Source of the DNA: Clostridia bacterium
GTDB taxonomy: Bacteria > Bacillota > Clostridia > Oscillospirales > CAG-272
Assembly: GCA_017463865.1 (NCBI GenBank)
Contig: JAFTOI010000029.1
Span: 25,994 to 89,993 of the forward strand
Direction of reading: 5' to 3'
Length of the DNA stretch: 64,000 nt
Shown: positions 9,111 to 17,683 of the stretch, piece after piece
Position numbering within the stretch: position 1 is the stretch's first letter
Layout: each line of letters opens with the position of its first letter
Program-made: the position numbers and the translations under genes
Notes under the pieces: generated by a model
Database searches by the model: none
Told to the model about the DNA's origin: nothing
Seen by the model: only the letters and a program-made list of their open reading frames with translations

Positions 9111-10448
9111 TTACTCCAGCGGCGAGGTGTCACCCTTCTCGCGGATCACGATGCGGATCGGCGTGCCGCGGAAACCAAAGGTCTCGCGGAGGCAGTTCTC
9201 GATATAGCGCCGGTACGAGAAGTGGAAAAGCTCCACGCTGTTGCAGAAAATGACGAAGGTCGGGGGCGCGACGCTGACCTGCGTCATGTAGTAGATCTTC
9301 AGGCGGCGGCCCTTGTCGGACGGCGGCTGGGTGCGGGTGGTGGCCTCGTTCAGCACGTCGTTGAGCATACCTGTAGAAATACGGGTGTTGGTCTGGTTGT
9401 GGACGTAGTTGATCTGCTCGAACAGCTTGACCACGCGCTGGCCGGTCATGGCCGAGACAAAGAGGATGGGCGCATAGGGCATGTAGGCCAGCGCCTCGCG
9501 GATGCGGTCGGTGAAGCTGTTGACCGTGTTGTTGTCCTTTTCGACCAGATCCCACTTGTTGACCACGATGATGGTCGCCTTGCCCGCCTCGTGGGCGATG
9601 CCGGCGATCTTCTCGTCCTGCTCGGTGATGCCCTCGGTGGCGTCGATCATGAGAAGGCAGACCTGCGCGCGCTCGACGGCCATGTGGGCGCGGAGGACAC
9701 TAAACTTCTCAATGCGGTCGTCCACCTTGCTCTGGCGGCGGATGCCGGCGGTGTCGATGAAGGTGTAGCGGCCGAACTCGTTGTCGACCGTCGTGTCGAT
9801 GGCGTCGCGGGTCGTGCCGGCGATGTTCGAGACAATGAGGCGATCCTCGCCGAGGATGCGGTTGATGATCGACGACTTGCCTGCGTTCGGCTTGCCGATG
9901 ACAGCGACCTTGATGCGGTCGTCTTCGGGCTCGGGCTCGACCTCGTCGGGCAGCGCGGCCACGCAGGCGTCGAGCAGGTCGCCGCTGCCGCTGCCGTGCA
10001 GCGACGACAGCGAGATGGGATCGCACGCGAAGCCCAGCTCATAGAATTCGTAGAAACCAAGCGGCGGGTCGCCGATGCGGTCACACTTGTTGACGACCGG
10101 CACCACCGGCTTGCCGCTCTTTTTGAGCATGACGGCGATGTCACGGTCGTCAGCGACCAGTCCCGCCTGAACGTCGCACATAAAGACGATCACATCAGCC
10201 GTGTCGATGGCCAGCTGGGCCTGCTCGCGCATTTTCGCCATGATGATATCCTCGGTCTTCGGCTCGATACCGCCGGTATCGATGACGACCAGCTTGCGGC
10301 CGTTCCATTCGGTCTCGCCGTAGATACGGTCACGGGTCACGCCGGGCGTGTCCTCGACGATGGCGCGGCGCTCGCCGATGAGTTTATTGAAGAGGGTGCT
10401 CTTGCCCACGTTGGGGCGCCCCACGATTGCAATGATCGGTTTTGCCAT
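9111..10448 (-). CDS. der: ribosome biogenesis GTPase Der/EngA
   Basis: Two tandem GTPase domains (GRPNVGKST and GKPNAGKSS P-loops) plus a KH-like C-terminus. Confidence 0.95.
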   Translation of the reverse strand: MAKPIIAIVGRPNVGKSTLFNKLIGERRAIVEDTPGVTRDRIYGETEWNGRKLVVIDTGGIEPKTEDIIMAKMREQAQLAIDTADVIVFMCDVQAGLVADDRDIAVMLKKSGKPVVPVVNKCDRIGDPPLGFYEFYELGFACDPISLSSLHGSGSGDLLDACVAALPDEVEPEPEDDRIKVAVIGKPNAGKSSIINRILGEDRLIVSNIAGTTRDAIDTTVDNEFGRYTFIDTAGIRRQSKVDDRIEKFSVLRAHMAVERAQVCLLMIDATEGITEQDEKIAGIAHEAGKATIIVVNKWDLVEKDNNTVNSFTDRIREALAYMPYAPILFVSAMTGQRVVKLFEQINYVHNQTNTRISTGMLNDVLNEATTRTQPPSDKGRRLKIYYMTQVSVAPPTFVIFCNSVELFHFSYRRYIENCLRETFGFRGTPIRIVIREKGDTSPLE

Positions 10449-10491
10449 GATGATTTTCCTTCCTTATATAAAATACACGGTTGCGCAATGG

Positions 10492-11817
10492 TCAGCAAGC
10501 CGGCGAATCAACGCCCAGCATCGCGGCAATCAGCTCCGCGCCCTCGTTTTTGACGAAGCGGATGGGCACGCCGAGCGTCTGCGACAGCTCGTCCGGCGTC
10601 ATGCCGCAGAGGAACAGGTCGCCCTCCGCGCGGAGGGTGACCGACGGCAGCAGTAGCTCGTCGCCCAGTTCCCTGCCCTTCAGCTGCGCCGCGAGGTCAC
10701 GCCCGGTGAGCAGCCCTGCGACGGTGATCATATCGCCGAAGAAATCGTTGTGGATGGCGATGACCTGCACGGTCAGCCCCTCGACGGCGGCCATAATGCG
10801 CTCGGCCAGCGACGACAGCGTCCCATACGCCGCCTCGCCGGTGGCGATGGTGACGGTGCGGGGCAGGCGCGCATCGGGGAGCAGATCGTCGAGGTAGTCG
10901 AGCTCGAAGTCGAACTCGTGGCAGAGCGAGGTCAGCAGCCCAACGCCGTTCTCGATCTGGCTGTACTCCTCGTAATAGGCGTCGCCGGGCAGGGGCAGGC
11001 CGGCCTTGAGGTAAAACTCATCCGAGCAGTAGAAGAGACGGGTGTCGTACTTCGCCTTACATTCAGCGGCGAAGGCATCGACCTGCGCGATCACAGCGGC
11101 GGCCTCGGCGGGCGCAAAGGGCTCAAGCGGGTAGAGCCCGTCGCGGTGCTTGGTCAGCCCCGCCGGAACGATCGACACACTGCGCAGTGCCGGCATCAGC
11201 TCGGCGAGATCGCGCATCGAGCGATCGAGCTCCGCGCCATCGTTGATCCCGCGGCAGAGCACGATCTGCCCGCAGATGGCGATTCCGGCGTCGGCGAGGC
11301 GGCGGAGGTAGCCCAGCGTCTTGCCCGCGCGCTTGTTGCCCATCATGGTGCAGCGCAGCTCGGGGTTTGTGGTGTGCACCGAGACGTTGACCGGCGAGAT
11401 GTGCATCTCGATAATGCGGTCGATGTCCCGATCGCCGAGGTTGGTCAGGGTAATATAGTTGCCGTGGAGGAAAGACAGGCGAGAGTCATCGTCCTTGAAG
11501 TAGAGCGAATCCCGCATGCCCTTCGGCAGCTGGTCGATGAAGCAGAAGATGCAGCGGTTGGCACAGCAGTGCTTGCCGTCCATCAGCGGCGTGGCGAAAT
11601 CGAGGCCGATGTCGTCATATTCGCCCTTCTGGATGGTGACCTCGACAAGCTCAGGCCCGCGGTGGAGGCCCAGCGTCACACTGCGCTCGGCGAGGTAAAA
11701 GCGGTAATCGAGCACGTCCCGGATGGCGTGCCCGTTGATCGAGAGGAGGATGTCGCCCGGCAGCACCCCGGCGCGCGCGGCGCGGGAGCGAGGCAGCACA
11801 TCGGTGATGGTGACCAT
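10492..11817 (-). CDS. DUF512 domain protein (PDZ plus radical-SAM-like)
   Basis: N-terminal PDZ-like segment (RAARAGVLPGDILLSINGHAI), CCANRCIFCFIDQ Cys cluster, and the usual position upstream of der in Clostridia. Confidence 0.8.
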   Translation of the reverse strand: MVTITDVLPRSRAARAGVLPGDILLSINGHAIRDVLDYRFYLAERSVTLGLHRGPELVEVTIQKGEYDDIGLDFATPLMDGKHCCANRCIFCFIDQLPKGMRDSLYFKDDDSRLSFLHGNYITLTNLGDRDIDRIIEMHISPVNVSVHTTNPELRCTMMGNKRAGKTLGYLRRLADAGIAICGQIVLCRGINDGAELDRSMRDLAELMPALRSVSIVPAGLTKHRDGLYPLEPFAPAEAAAVIAQVDAFAAECKAKYDTRLFYCSDEFYLKAGLPLPGDAYYEEYSQIENGVGLLTSLCHEFDFELDYLDDLLPDARLPRTVTIATGEAAYGTLSSLAERIMAAVEGLTVQVIAIHNDFFGDMITVAGLLTGRDLAAQLKGRELGDELLLPSVTLRAEGDLFLCGMTPDELSQTLGVPIRFVKNEGAELIAAMLGVDSPAC

Positions 11818-11854
11818 AGCGTGTCCTTTTCTGAAAAATGGTTAGTTACAATAT

Positions 11855-11883
11855 ATTATATCATATTATGGCGGGATTGTCAA
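11855..11883 (-). promoter_or_regulatory. sigma-70 promoter of the DUF512-der operon
   Basis: Minus strand TTGACA (11878-11883), 17 nt, TATAAT (11855-11860). Confidence 0.6.
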
Positions 11884-11961
11884 AAGAAATTGTAAATTTA
11901 TCAGTGCAAAGCGCTTTTCGAGAATTAACATTTAATGTAACACCGTGTAAATGTGCAAACC

Positions 11962-12254
11962 TTTTCGCGCTCCCGCGCGAGGAGGGAGAAAGGACCATCT
12001 CAGGCGCCGAATGTTCCCAGACTTGGCTTTGCCAAGTCACGAAGTCGGCCTTGCCAACTTCTGTTTCCCCCTCCCCCCTATCTACTTGGCTGGCGCGATC
12101 CAGCGTCAACAATAAGCCCCGCAACGTACGTTGCGGGGCAACTTTTATCTTATGCAGGAAGCTTCGGCGTAGCCAAGGAAGGTGGGTGTCCAGCGGGAGG
12201 GAAACTTCGGCGTCTGAGATGGTACCCTCCCGCTGGTCGCGCGGGAGCGCGAAA
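11962..12254. repeat. hairpin-terminated REPIN/MITE-like repeat, full-length long variant (copy A)
   Basis: Termini TTTTCGCGCTCCCGCGCGA and TCGCGCGGGAGCGCGAAA are inverted. Core CCATCTCAGGCGCCGAA (11995-12011) is matched by its reverse complement CTTCGGCGTCTGAGATGG (12205-12222). Related copies at 28931, 49071, 58204 and 60177. Confidence 0.85.
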
Positions 12255-12325
12255 GGCTCCAGGATAACTAAACTGCTGTCACCAAATCTTAAGTTCATGC
12301 CATTGCGCCCGGCTCTGCCTTCTTT

Positions 12326-13954
12326 TCAATCATCCCACATCACGGTGCAGATGCAGCCGCGCTCGTCCTCGCGCGGAGCGCGGAGACGACCTGCCTTCAT
12401 CAGCAGATACGGGATCGCGTTGTAGGGATCGTAGCTGGTGAGGTTGTGGTTCCGCTCGTTCTCGCTGACACACGCGGGGATGCGCGAGCGCATCTCGGCG
12501 ACATATCCGTGGAAGATGCGGTCGATGGCGTCGCGATCAAGGCCGGCGGCGTGCTTGTCCAACACCGCATTGACGGCGGCAATCTGATCGTGGCTGAAAT
12601 AGGGGAAGCGAAGCGCAAGCTTGCCGCCCTCGCGGGTCACAAGCCCCTTTTCAATCAGATCGGCGATCGCGCTGCTGTCAAACTCGTTCGGTGTCTCCCC
12701 CGATCGGATCAGGTCGCGGACGCGGTGCAGGCTGAGGATCTCCTGCTGTCCAAACCCGCGGTAGTCGCCGCCCCACAGCGGAATGCGCAGCTTTCGCGCA
12801 TTGATGTTGGAGGGGGTAAGATGGTAGCTCTGCATACTGAAGCGCATCGCCTTGCGCAGAAAATCGACCAACTTGTCGCCGTCCGGCTCCCGCTCGGCGG
12901 CTGCCAGCACCTCATCCCCCGGCGCGAAGGCCTTAACCCAGTGCCGCGTTCCGTCAGGACGCAGGGGGGCGCCATGCTCGAGGTGCAGGGTGCGGTTCAT
13001 GCGCGCGTCGGTGGCACCGATCTCCCGGGTCATGAAGTAGAAGAGCATATCCCAGCGCAGCATATCAGGGTCGACCTCACCGCAATAGCCGACAGCGTCG
13101 ATCTCATCCAGCGCAGCGTCGACCACGTCGAGATATGCCTCGGCGATGGGCATGGTTTTCTCCAATTGATACTTCGCGTGGGTCAGCTGATAAGACACGG
13201 TCTGGATAAAGAAATTGGTCGCGTACTTCCCCTTGGGGCTGACCGTCATGTACTCCATCGAGCACAGTGCCTCCAGCTTGTCCTCGAGGTAGACCGCCGC
13301 CACGCCCAGCGTGCGGGAGAGCTCCTCCACTGTCATCGGATTGTCGTAGCAGACATAGCAGATGTTCTGCATCAGGATATCGCGCTCCAGCGCATCGTAG
13401 ATCGAATTTTCCGCCCAGCCATAGTGTGCAATGTGCATTCTGCGCGGGCGATAAATGTTGGTTTCCTGCATTTCCATTCGCTCCTTCAAATCTGATTTTG
13501 CACGATGCAGATGCCAGCGCACCGTCGCCGCCGGAAGCCCCAGCCGCTCCGCGATCTCGTCCCCCGACAGACCGTCGTAGTAGAAGAGGATGATCGCCTC
13601 GCGCCGGGTGCGCCCAAGGTACATGACCTCCTGCCGCAGACGTGCGCACAGCTCGGCGGTGATGAAATCGCCCTCGATGTCGCTGCCGTCGCTCAGCCAT
13701 TCGAGCACCTCGTCGCCGACATTGTCCCGCTCCCGCCGCTTCGCGCGCAGCGACTTCGCCCAGACGTATCGGCAGACCTGATGGATGTAGGCATCCATAT
13801 TTTCAATGTGCTTGGCCGGGAAATCGATCCTGCACAGCGCAAGGACGATGTCCTGCGCCAGATCCTCGGCATCGTAAACCTGCTGTGTCCGGCTGTACGC
13901 GAAGCTGTAGATTTTCTTCGCATACGCCTCGACCAGCTCTTCGGTGAATTTCAT
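12326..13954 (-). CDS. sigma-70 family (ECF-like) RNA polymerase sigma factor with a C-terminal extension of about 370 aa
   Basis: ORF 12326..13975 trimmed to ATG 13954 (AGGAGG 8 nt upstream). Region 2 (DAEDLAQDIVLAL) and region 4 (LSGDEIAERLGLPAATVRWHLHRAK) motifs, followed by a long non-membrane domain. Confidence 0.8.
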   Translation of the reverse strand: MKFTEELVEAYAKKIYSFAYSRTQQVYDAEDLAQDIVLALCRIDFPAKHIENMDAYIHQVCRYVWAKSLRAKRRERDNVGDEVLEWLSDGSDIEGDFITAELCARLRQEVMYLGRTRREAIILFYYDGLSGDEIAERLGLPAATVRWHLHRAKSDLKERMEMQETNIYRPRRMHIAHYGWAENSIYDALERDILMQNICYVCYDNPMTVEELSRTLGVAAVYLEDKLEALCSMEYMTVSPKGKYATNFFIQTVSYQLTHAKYQLEKTMPIAEAYLDVVDAALDEIDAVGYCGEVDPDMLRWDMLFYFMTREIGATDARMNRTLHLEHGAPLRPDGTRHWVKAFAPGDEVLAAAEREPDGDKLVDFLRKAMRFSMQSYHLTPSNINARKLRIPLWGGDYRGFGQQEILSLHRVRDLIRSGETPNEFDSSAIADLIEKGLVTREGGKLALRFPYFSHDQIAAVNAVLDKHAAGLDRDAIDRIFHGYVAEMRSRIPACVSENERNHNLTSYDPYNAIPYLLMKAGRLRAPREDERGCICTVMWDD

Positions 13955-14023
13955 CTTGCTCGCCTCCTTCTGCATCGCTCACCCTATATGTACCGGGCGA
14001 AGCGGAATTGTTTGCGAAAATGC

Positions 14024-14060
14024 GAAAAAAATTTCCCGCGCGGCCAAAACCGCGCGGGAA
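14024..14060 (-). terminator. intrinsic terminator of the glutamine synthetase gene
   Basis: Minus strand TTCCCGCGCGG-TTTTGG-CCGCGCGGGAA followed by ATTTTTTT. Confidence 0.8.
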
Positions 14061-14066
14061 CTCGAT

Positions 14067-16163
14067 TCAGATACGGAACATCAGATCGCCGTAGGTCGGG
14101 TACGGCCAGTACTCGGCGGCGGTGAGGGTCTCCATCTCATCGACCGTCGCACGCAGCTGCTGCATGGCCGCGAGGATAACATCGCGGTAGTAAACCGCCG
14201 TCTCGAGGGCGGTGCCGCTGTGCGCGGGCACATCGGCGACAGCCGCGTCGAGGGTGTTGAGATTGGCGTAAGTCGCGTCGGTCAGCGCCGACAGGCGCTC
14301 GATGAGGTCGGTCTCATAGGCGCAGGCCAAACGGGGAGAAACCGCACGCTTGGCGGCAGCCGTCGAGGCCAGCGACGCGGTGAACTCGGCTACGGCGGGC
14401 AGAATGTCCTTCTTCGCCATCTCGGACATGGTCAGCGCCTCGATATTGATGGTCTTGGAGTAGTTCTCGAGCAGGATCTCGAGGCGGGCGTACATCTCGG
14501 TCTCGGTGAAGACATGGTGGCGGGTGAAGAGGTCGATGTTCTTGGGGTCAACAAAATGCGGCAGCGCGTCGGGCGTTGTCCGGTAGTTGCAGAGCCCGCG
14601 GCGGGCGGCCTCTTCCTGCCATGCGTCGGCATAGCCGTCGCCGTTGAAGATGATGCGCTTGTGCTCCTTGATGGTGCGGCGAATGAGCGCGTTGAGGGCG
14701 GCGTTGAAGTCGTCGGCCCCCTCCAGCTCGTCGGCGAACTCGCGCAGCGTCTCGGCAACGATGGTGTTGAGGATGATGTTCGGCTCGGCCGTCGACAGCG
14801 ACGAGCCAAGCGAGCGGAACTCGAACTTGTTGCCGGTGAAGGCGAAGGGCGAGGTGCGGTTACGGTCGGTGGTGTCCTTCGAGAAGGTGGGCAGGACGTG
14901 GACGCCGATGTCCATCTTGACCCGCTCGGTGCCGTTGTAGTCGGTGCCGCTCTCGATGGCGTCGAGGATCGCGCCCAGCTCGTCGCCGAGGAACATCGAC
15001 ACGATGGCGGGCGGTGCCTCATGCGCGCCGAGGCGGTGGTCGTTGCCGGCACTGGCGACCGAGATGCGGAGCAGATCCTGATGCTCGTCAACCGCCTTGA
15101 TGACGGCAGTGAGGAAGAGCAGGAACTGCGCGTTCTCATAGGGCGTCTTGCCGGGGTCGAGCAGATTGACACCGGTGTCGGTCGACATCGACCAGTTGTT
15201 GTGCTTGCCCGAGCCGTTGACGCCGTGGAAGGGCTTCTCATGGAGCAGGCAGACCAGCCCGTGCTTCTGCGCGACATTCTTCATGACCTCCATGGTCAGC
15301 TGGTTCTGGTCGACGGCGAGGTTGGTGGTGGTGAAGATGGGGGCCATCTCGTGCTGAGCCGGCGCGGCCTCGTTGTGCTTGGTCTTGGAAAGGATGCCCA
15401 GCTTCCACAGCTCCTCGTCCAGCTCCTTCATGTAAGCCGCGATACGGGGCTTGATGGCGCCGAAATAGTGATCGTCCATCTCCTGCCCCTTGGGCGCACG
15501 CGCGCCGAAGAGCGTGCGGCCGCAGAAGAAGAGATCCTTCCGCTGCTCCCACAGCTCGCGGTCAACGAGGAAATACTCCTGCTCGGGGCCGACGGTGGTC
15601 ACGACGCGCTTGACGCCGTCGTTGCCGAACAGCTTGATGACGCGCAGCGCCTGCTCGCCCACCGCCTCCATCGAACGAAGGAGGGGGGTCTTTTTGTCGA
15701 GAATTTCGCCGCCGTAGGAGCAGAAAATGCAGGGGATGCAGAGCGAGCCGTCCTTGATGAAGGCATACGAGGTGGGATCCCACGCGGTATAGCCGCGCGC
15801 CTCAAAGGTCGCGCGCAGGCCGCCTGACGGGAAAGAGGAAGCGTCAGGCTCGCCCTTGATGAGCTCCTTGCCCGAAAACTCCATGATGACACGGCCGTCG
15901 GAGGTGGGGGAGATGAAGCTGTCGTGCTTCTCGGCTGTGATGCCGGTCATGGGCTGGAACCAGTGCGTGTAGTGGGTCGCGCCCTTCTCGAGCGCCCAGT
16001 CCTTCATCGCGGCGGCGACGCTGTTGGCGACGGTGATGTCGAGATCCTTGCCGGCCTCAATGGTCTTGTGCAGCGATTTGTAAACATCCTTGGGCAAACG
16101 CTCGCGCATGACCTCGTCGTTGAAAACGAGACTGCCGAACAGTTCGGGAACCTTGTAAGCCAT
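14067..16163 (-). CDS. glnN: glutamine synthetase type III
   Basis: 698 aa; [32 protein letters not shown]-terminus and length are typical of GSIII. Confidence 0.9.
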   Translation of the reverse strand: MAYKVPELFGSLVFNDEVMRERLPKDVYKSLHKTIEAGKDLDITVANSVAAAMKDWALEKGATHYTHWFQPMTGITAEKHDSFISPTSDGRVIMEFSGKELIKGEPDASSFPSGGLRATFEARGYTAWDPTSYAFIKDGSLCIPCIFCSYGGEILDKKTPLLRSMEAVGEQALRVIKLFGNDGVKRVVTTVGPEQEYFLVDRELWEQRKDLFFCGRTLFGARAPKGQEMDDHYFGAIKPRIAAYMKELDEELWKLGILSKTKHNEAAPAQHEMAPIFTTTNLAVDQNQLTMEVMKNVAQKHGLVCLLHEKPFHGVNGSGKHNNWSMSTDTGVNLLDPGKTPYENAQFLLFLTAVIKAVDEHQDLLRISVASAGNDHRLGAHEAPPAIVSMFLGDELGAILDAIESGTDYNGTERVKMDIGVHVLPTFSKDTTDRNRTSPFAFTGNKFEFRSLGSSLSTAEPNIILNTIVAETLREFADELEGADDFNAALNALIRRTIKEHKRIIFNGDGYADAWQEEAARRGLCNYRTTPDALPHFVDPKNIDLFTRHHVFTETEMYARLEILLENYSKTINIEALTMSEMAKKDILPAVAEFTASLASTAAAKRAVSPRLACAYETDLIERLSALTDATYANLNTLDAAVADVPAHSGTALETAVYYRDVILAAMQQLRATVDEMETLTAAEYWPYPTYGDLMFRI

Positions 16164-16203
16164 ATGTAAACCTTTCCGCGCAGGGCGCTGAGAAATTTTA
16201 TCA

Positions 16204-16248
16204 CAAAAATAAGGCGCCGCAGCCGGGCTATGCCCAACCGCAGCGCCT
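16204..16248 (-). terminator. terminator-like hairpin in the glutamine synthetase leader
   Basis: 37-nt hairpin (17 pairs including G-U, triloop) followed by TATTTTTGTG on the minus strand; lies between the predicted promoter and the start codon. Confidence 0.55.
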
Positions 16249-16262
16249 ATGCTGTAACAGAT

Positions 16263-16291
16263 ATTATAGCAGATTGTCTGCCCTTTGTCAA
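16263..16291 (-). promoter_or_regulatory. sigma-70 promoter upstream of glutamine synthetase
   Basis: Minus strand TTGACA (16286-16291), 17 nt ending in TGC, TATAAT (16263-16268). Confidence 0.6.
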
Positions 16292-16323
16292 GGGCTATCG
16301 CGAAAAAAGTTTACAATTTCCAC

Positions 16324-17364
16324 TCAGCCGTTCAGTTTTGCCTCAACCGCCGCAAAGCGCGGGTCAGCGCGGAGCGCGTCGAATTCGCTCTTCGCCATCA
16401 GATTGCGCACCTTCTCCGTCTCAGACGTCGGACTGCTTGTCGAAACGCCCTTCCCAGCGCCCGTCTTGAAGCCGCGGAATGCCGCCGAGGTGTGCGTGTA
16501 GCTGTCGAGCTGCATATACGCCTCGAACCGCAGCGCCGCGTCAGCCGCCGTGTCAAGATGGGCGAACGCTTCCTCTGCCTCGCCCTGCCCCGCTGCGCCC
16601 TTGGCCAGCCGGCGGTGCGCCTGTCCCAACATACAATCGTAGAAGCCGTAGTCGCCATCCTCGAAAAAGAGCTCAAGCAGGGCAATGCGCTTCTTCCAGC
16701 CGATGCGATTGACCAGATGCTGGATGAGGTCGTAAGTCAGATGCTGTTCAGCCCACTTCTTTTCGTCCCCCTCCAGTACATTGGGCAGCAGAAACTCCCG
16801 CGACAGCACCATAAAGGGCATCGAACGTGCCAGCTCCTCCGCGCGCTCGCGCTTCCCCACACCGGGATAGATGAAGCACAGCGTCTGCACCGCACTGTTG
16901 CGGATCTTGTCATCGGTACAGCCCTCGAGGATCTTCTCCTTCAGCGCAATGCACTCGTCGCGGAACGCATCGCACTCCTCCTTCGTGTAGGCATCATCCT
17001 GACTCATATACCAAAGATTGTCACCCAGATCATCCATCAGCTTGAACTCGCCCGGGTACTGCTTCAGCCCCTCCCGCAGAATGGCCGCCGCCTCGGCCTT
17101 GTGGCCGAATCGCGCCTTCTCCCACGCCTCGCTGGCGATGGCGTCGATCTTCTCCTTCTTCTTCTCCACATCCACGCCCAGCAGATAGTCGGTCGTCACG
17201 CCGAACAGATTCGCCAGCGGCCCCAGCTGCATAATATCGGGCAGCGCGTCGTCCCGCTCCCAGCGGCTGATCGCCTGGGGCGAGACGCACAAATGCTCCG
17301 CCAGCGTCTCCTGCGTCATATCTGCGCCACGGCGCAGGGTCTTGATTGTCATGCCAATGCTCAT
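16324..17364 (-). CDS. XRE-family HTH regulator with TPR-like C-terminal domain (intact paralog of 1243..2327)
   Basis: ORF 16324..17382 trimmed to ATG 17364 (GGAGG upstream); HTH MTIKTLRRGADMTQETLAEHLCVSPQAISRWERDDALPD; the C-terminal part aligns to the frameshifted copy. Confidence 0.85.
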   Translation of the reverse strand: MSIGMTIKTLRRGADMTQETLAEHLCVSPQAISRWERDDALPDIMQLGPLANLFGVTTDYLLGVDVEKKKEKIDAIASEAWEKARFGHKAEAAAILREGLKQYPGEFKLMDDLGDNLWYMSQDDAYTKEECDAFRDECIALKEKILEGCTDDKIRNSAVQTLCFIYPGVGKRERAEELARSMPFMVLSREFLLPNVLEGDEKKWAEQHLTYDLIQHLVNRIGWKKRIALLELFFEDGDYGFYDCMLGQAHRRLAKGAAGQGEAEEAFAHLDTAADAALRFEAYMQLDSYTHTSAAFRGFKTGAGKGVSTSSPTSETEKVRNLMAKSEFDALRADPRFAAVEAKLNG

Positions 17365-17389
17365 GGTAAATCCTCCATGCAATAAATTC

Positions 17390-17431
17390 AGCCGGCCGGT
17401 CTGTACCTATAGTGTACCAGACCGGCCGGCT
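17390..17431. terminator. long GC hairpin ending the SPFH/Arc operon, overlapping the next promoter
   Basis: AGCCGGCCGGTCT...AGACCGGCCGGCT, 13-bp perfect outer stem, T-run on the plus side. Confidence 0.5.
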
Positions 17432-17439
17432 TTTGTCAA
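17411..17439 (-). promoter_or_regulatory. putative promoter of the XRE/TPR regulator
   Basis: Minus strand TTGACA (17434-17439), 17 nt, TACACT (17411-17416). Confidence 0.45.
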
Positions 17440-17478
17440 ACAATTGCGCAGCGAGAATAATTCTCGCTTTGGTTGGAT

Positions 17479-17682
17479 TTACTCAATATCGAGCTCGGGC
17501 GGAATGTCGATCTCCTCCCCCACATACTTCCCGTTCTTCTTCCGCTGGCGCACACATTCGGTCAGCAGATACTCAATCTGCCCGTTCACCGAGCGGAAGT
17601 CGTCCTCGGCCCAGGCGGCGATGGCGGCGTAGAGCTTGGGCGAGAGGCGCAGCGGGATCTGCTTCTTCTGGTTATCGCTCAT
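17479..17682 (-). CDS. Arc/ribbon-helix-helix-like small DNA-binding protein
   Basis: 67 aa; [35 protein letters not shown] resembles the RHH (Arc/MetJ) N-terminal strand plus helices; start lies 1 nt after the SPFH stop. Confidence 0.65.
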   Translation of the reverse strand: MSDNQKKQIPLRLSPKLYAAIAAWAEDDFRSVNGQIEYLLTECVRQRKKNGKYVGEEIDIPPELDIE

Positions 17683-17683
17683 C

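Noticed and set aside
9222-10553. Long antisense ORFs opposite real genes. Examples are 9222..10553 opposite der, 13944..15827 opposite glutamine synthetase, 19405..21036, 22737..24221, 42350..44086, 45421..47226, 53126..54484, 59034..60143 and 62276..63337.
   Set aside because: They are Arg/Ala/Gly/Val-rich low-complexity translations typical of the reverse strand of high-G+C genes. They lack RBSs and recognisable motifs, and each is fully covered by a well-supported gene on the other strand.
11953-12267. ORFs inside the repeat elements (11838..12425, 11861..12298, 11953..12267, 28903..29211, 58004..58339, 58253..58573, 60147..60410, 60160..60492). They share peptide words such as GGKLRRLRW and TSAFEMV.
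   Set aside because: The shared words arise from the same DNA read in different frames and strands in different copies. Indels between copies break the frames, and there are no RBSs. Conservation follows hairpin structure, not codons.
12255-12325. Possible extension of the repeat homology beyond the right terminus. An 11-nt identity, CATGCCATTGC, with similar flanks occurs after copy A (about 12296) and after copy B (about 58517).
   Set aside because: Only two instances exist, the match is short, and the surrounding alignment is poor. Copy D lacks it. Chance or local composition cannot be excluded without a genome-wide search.
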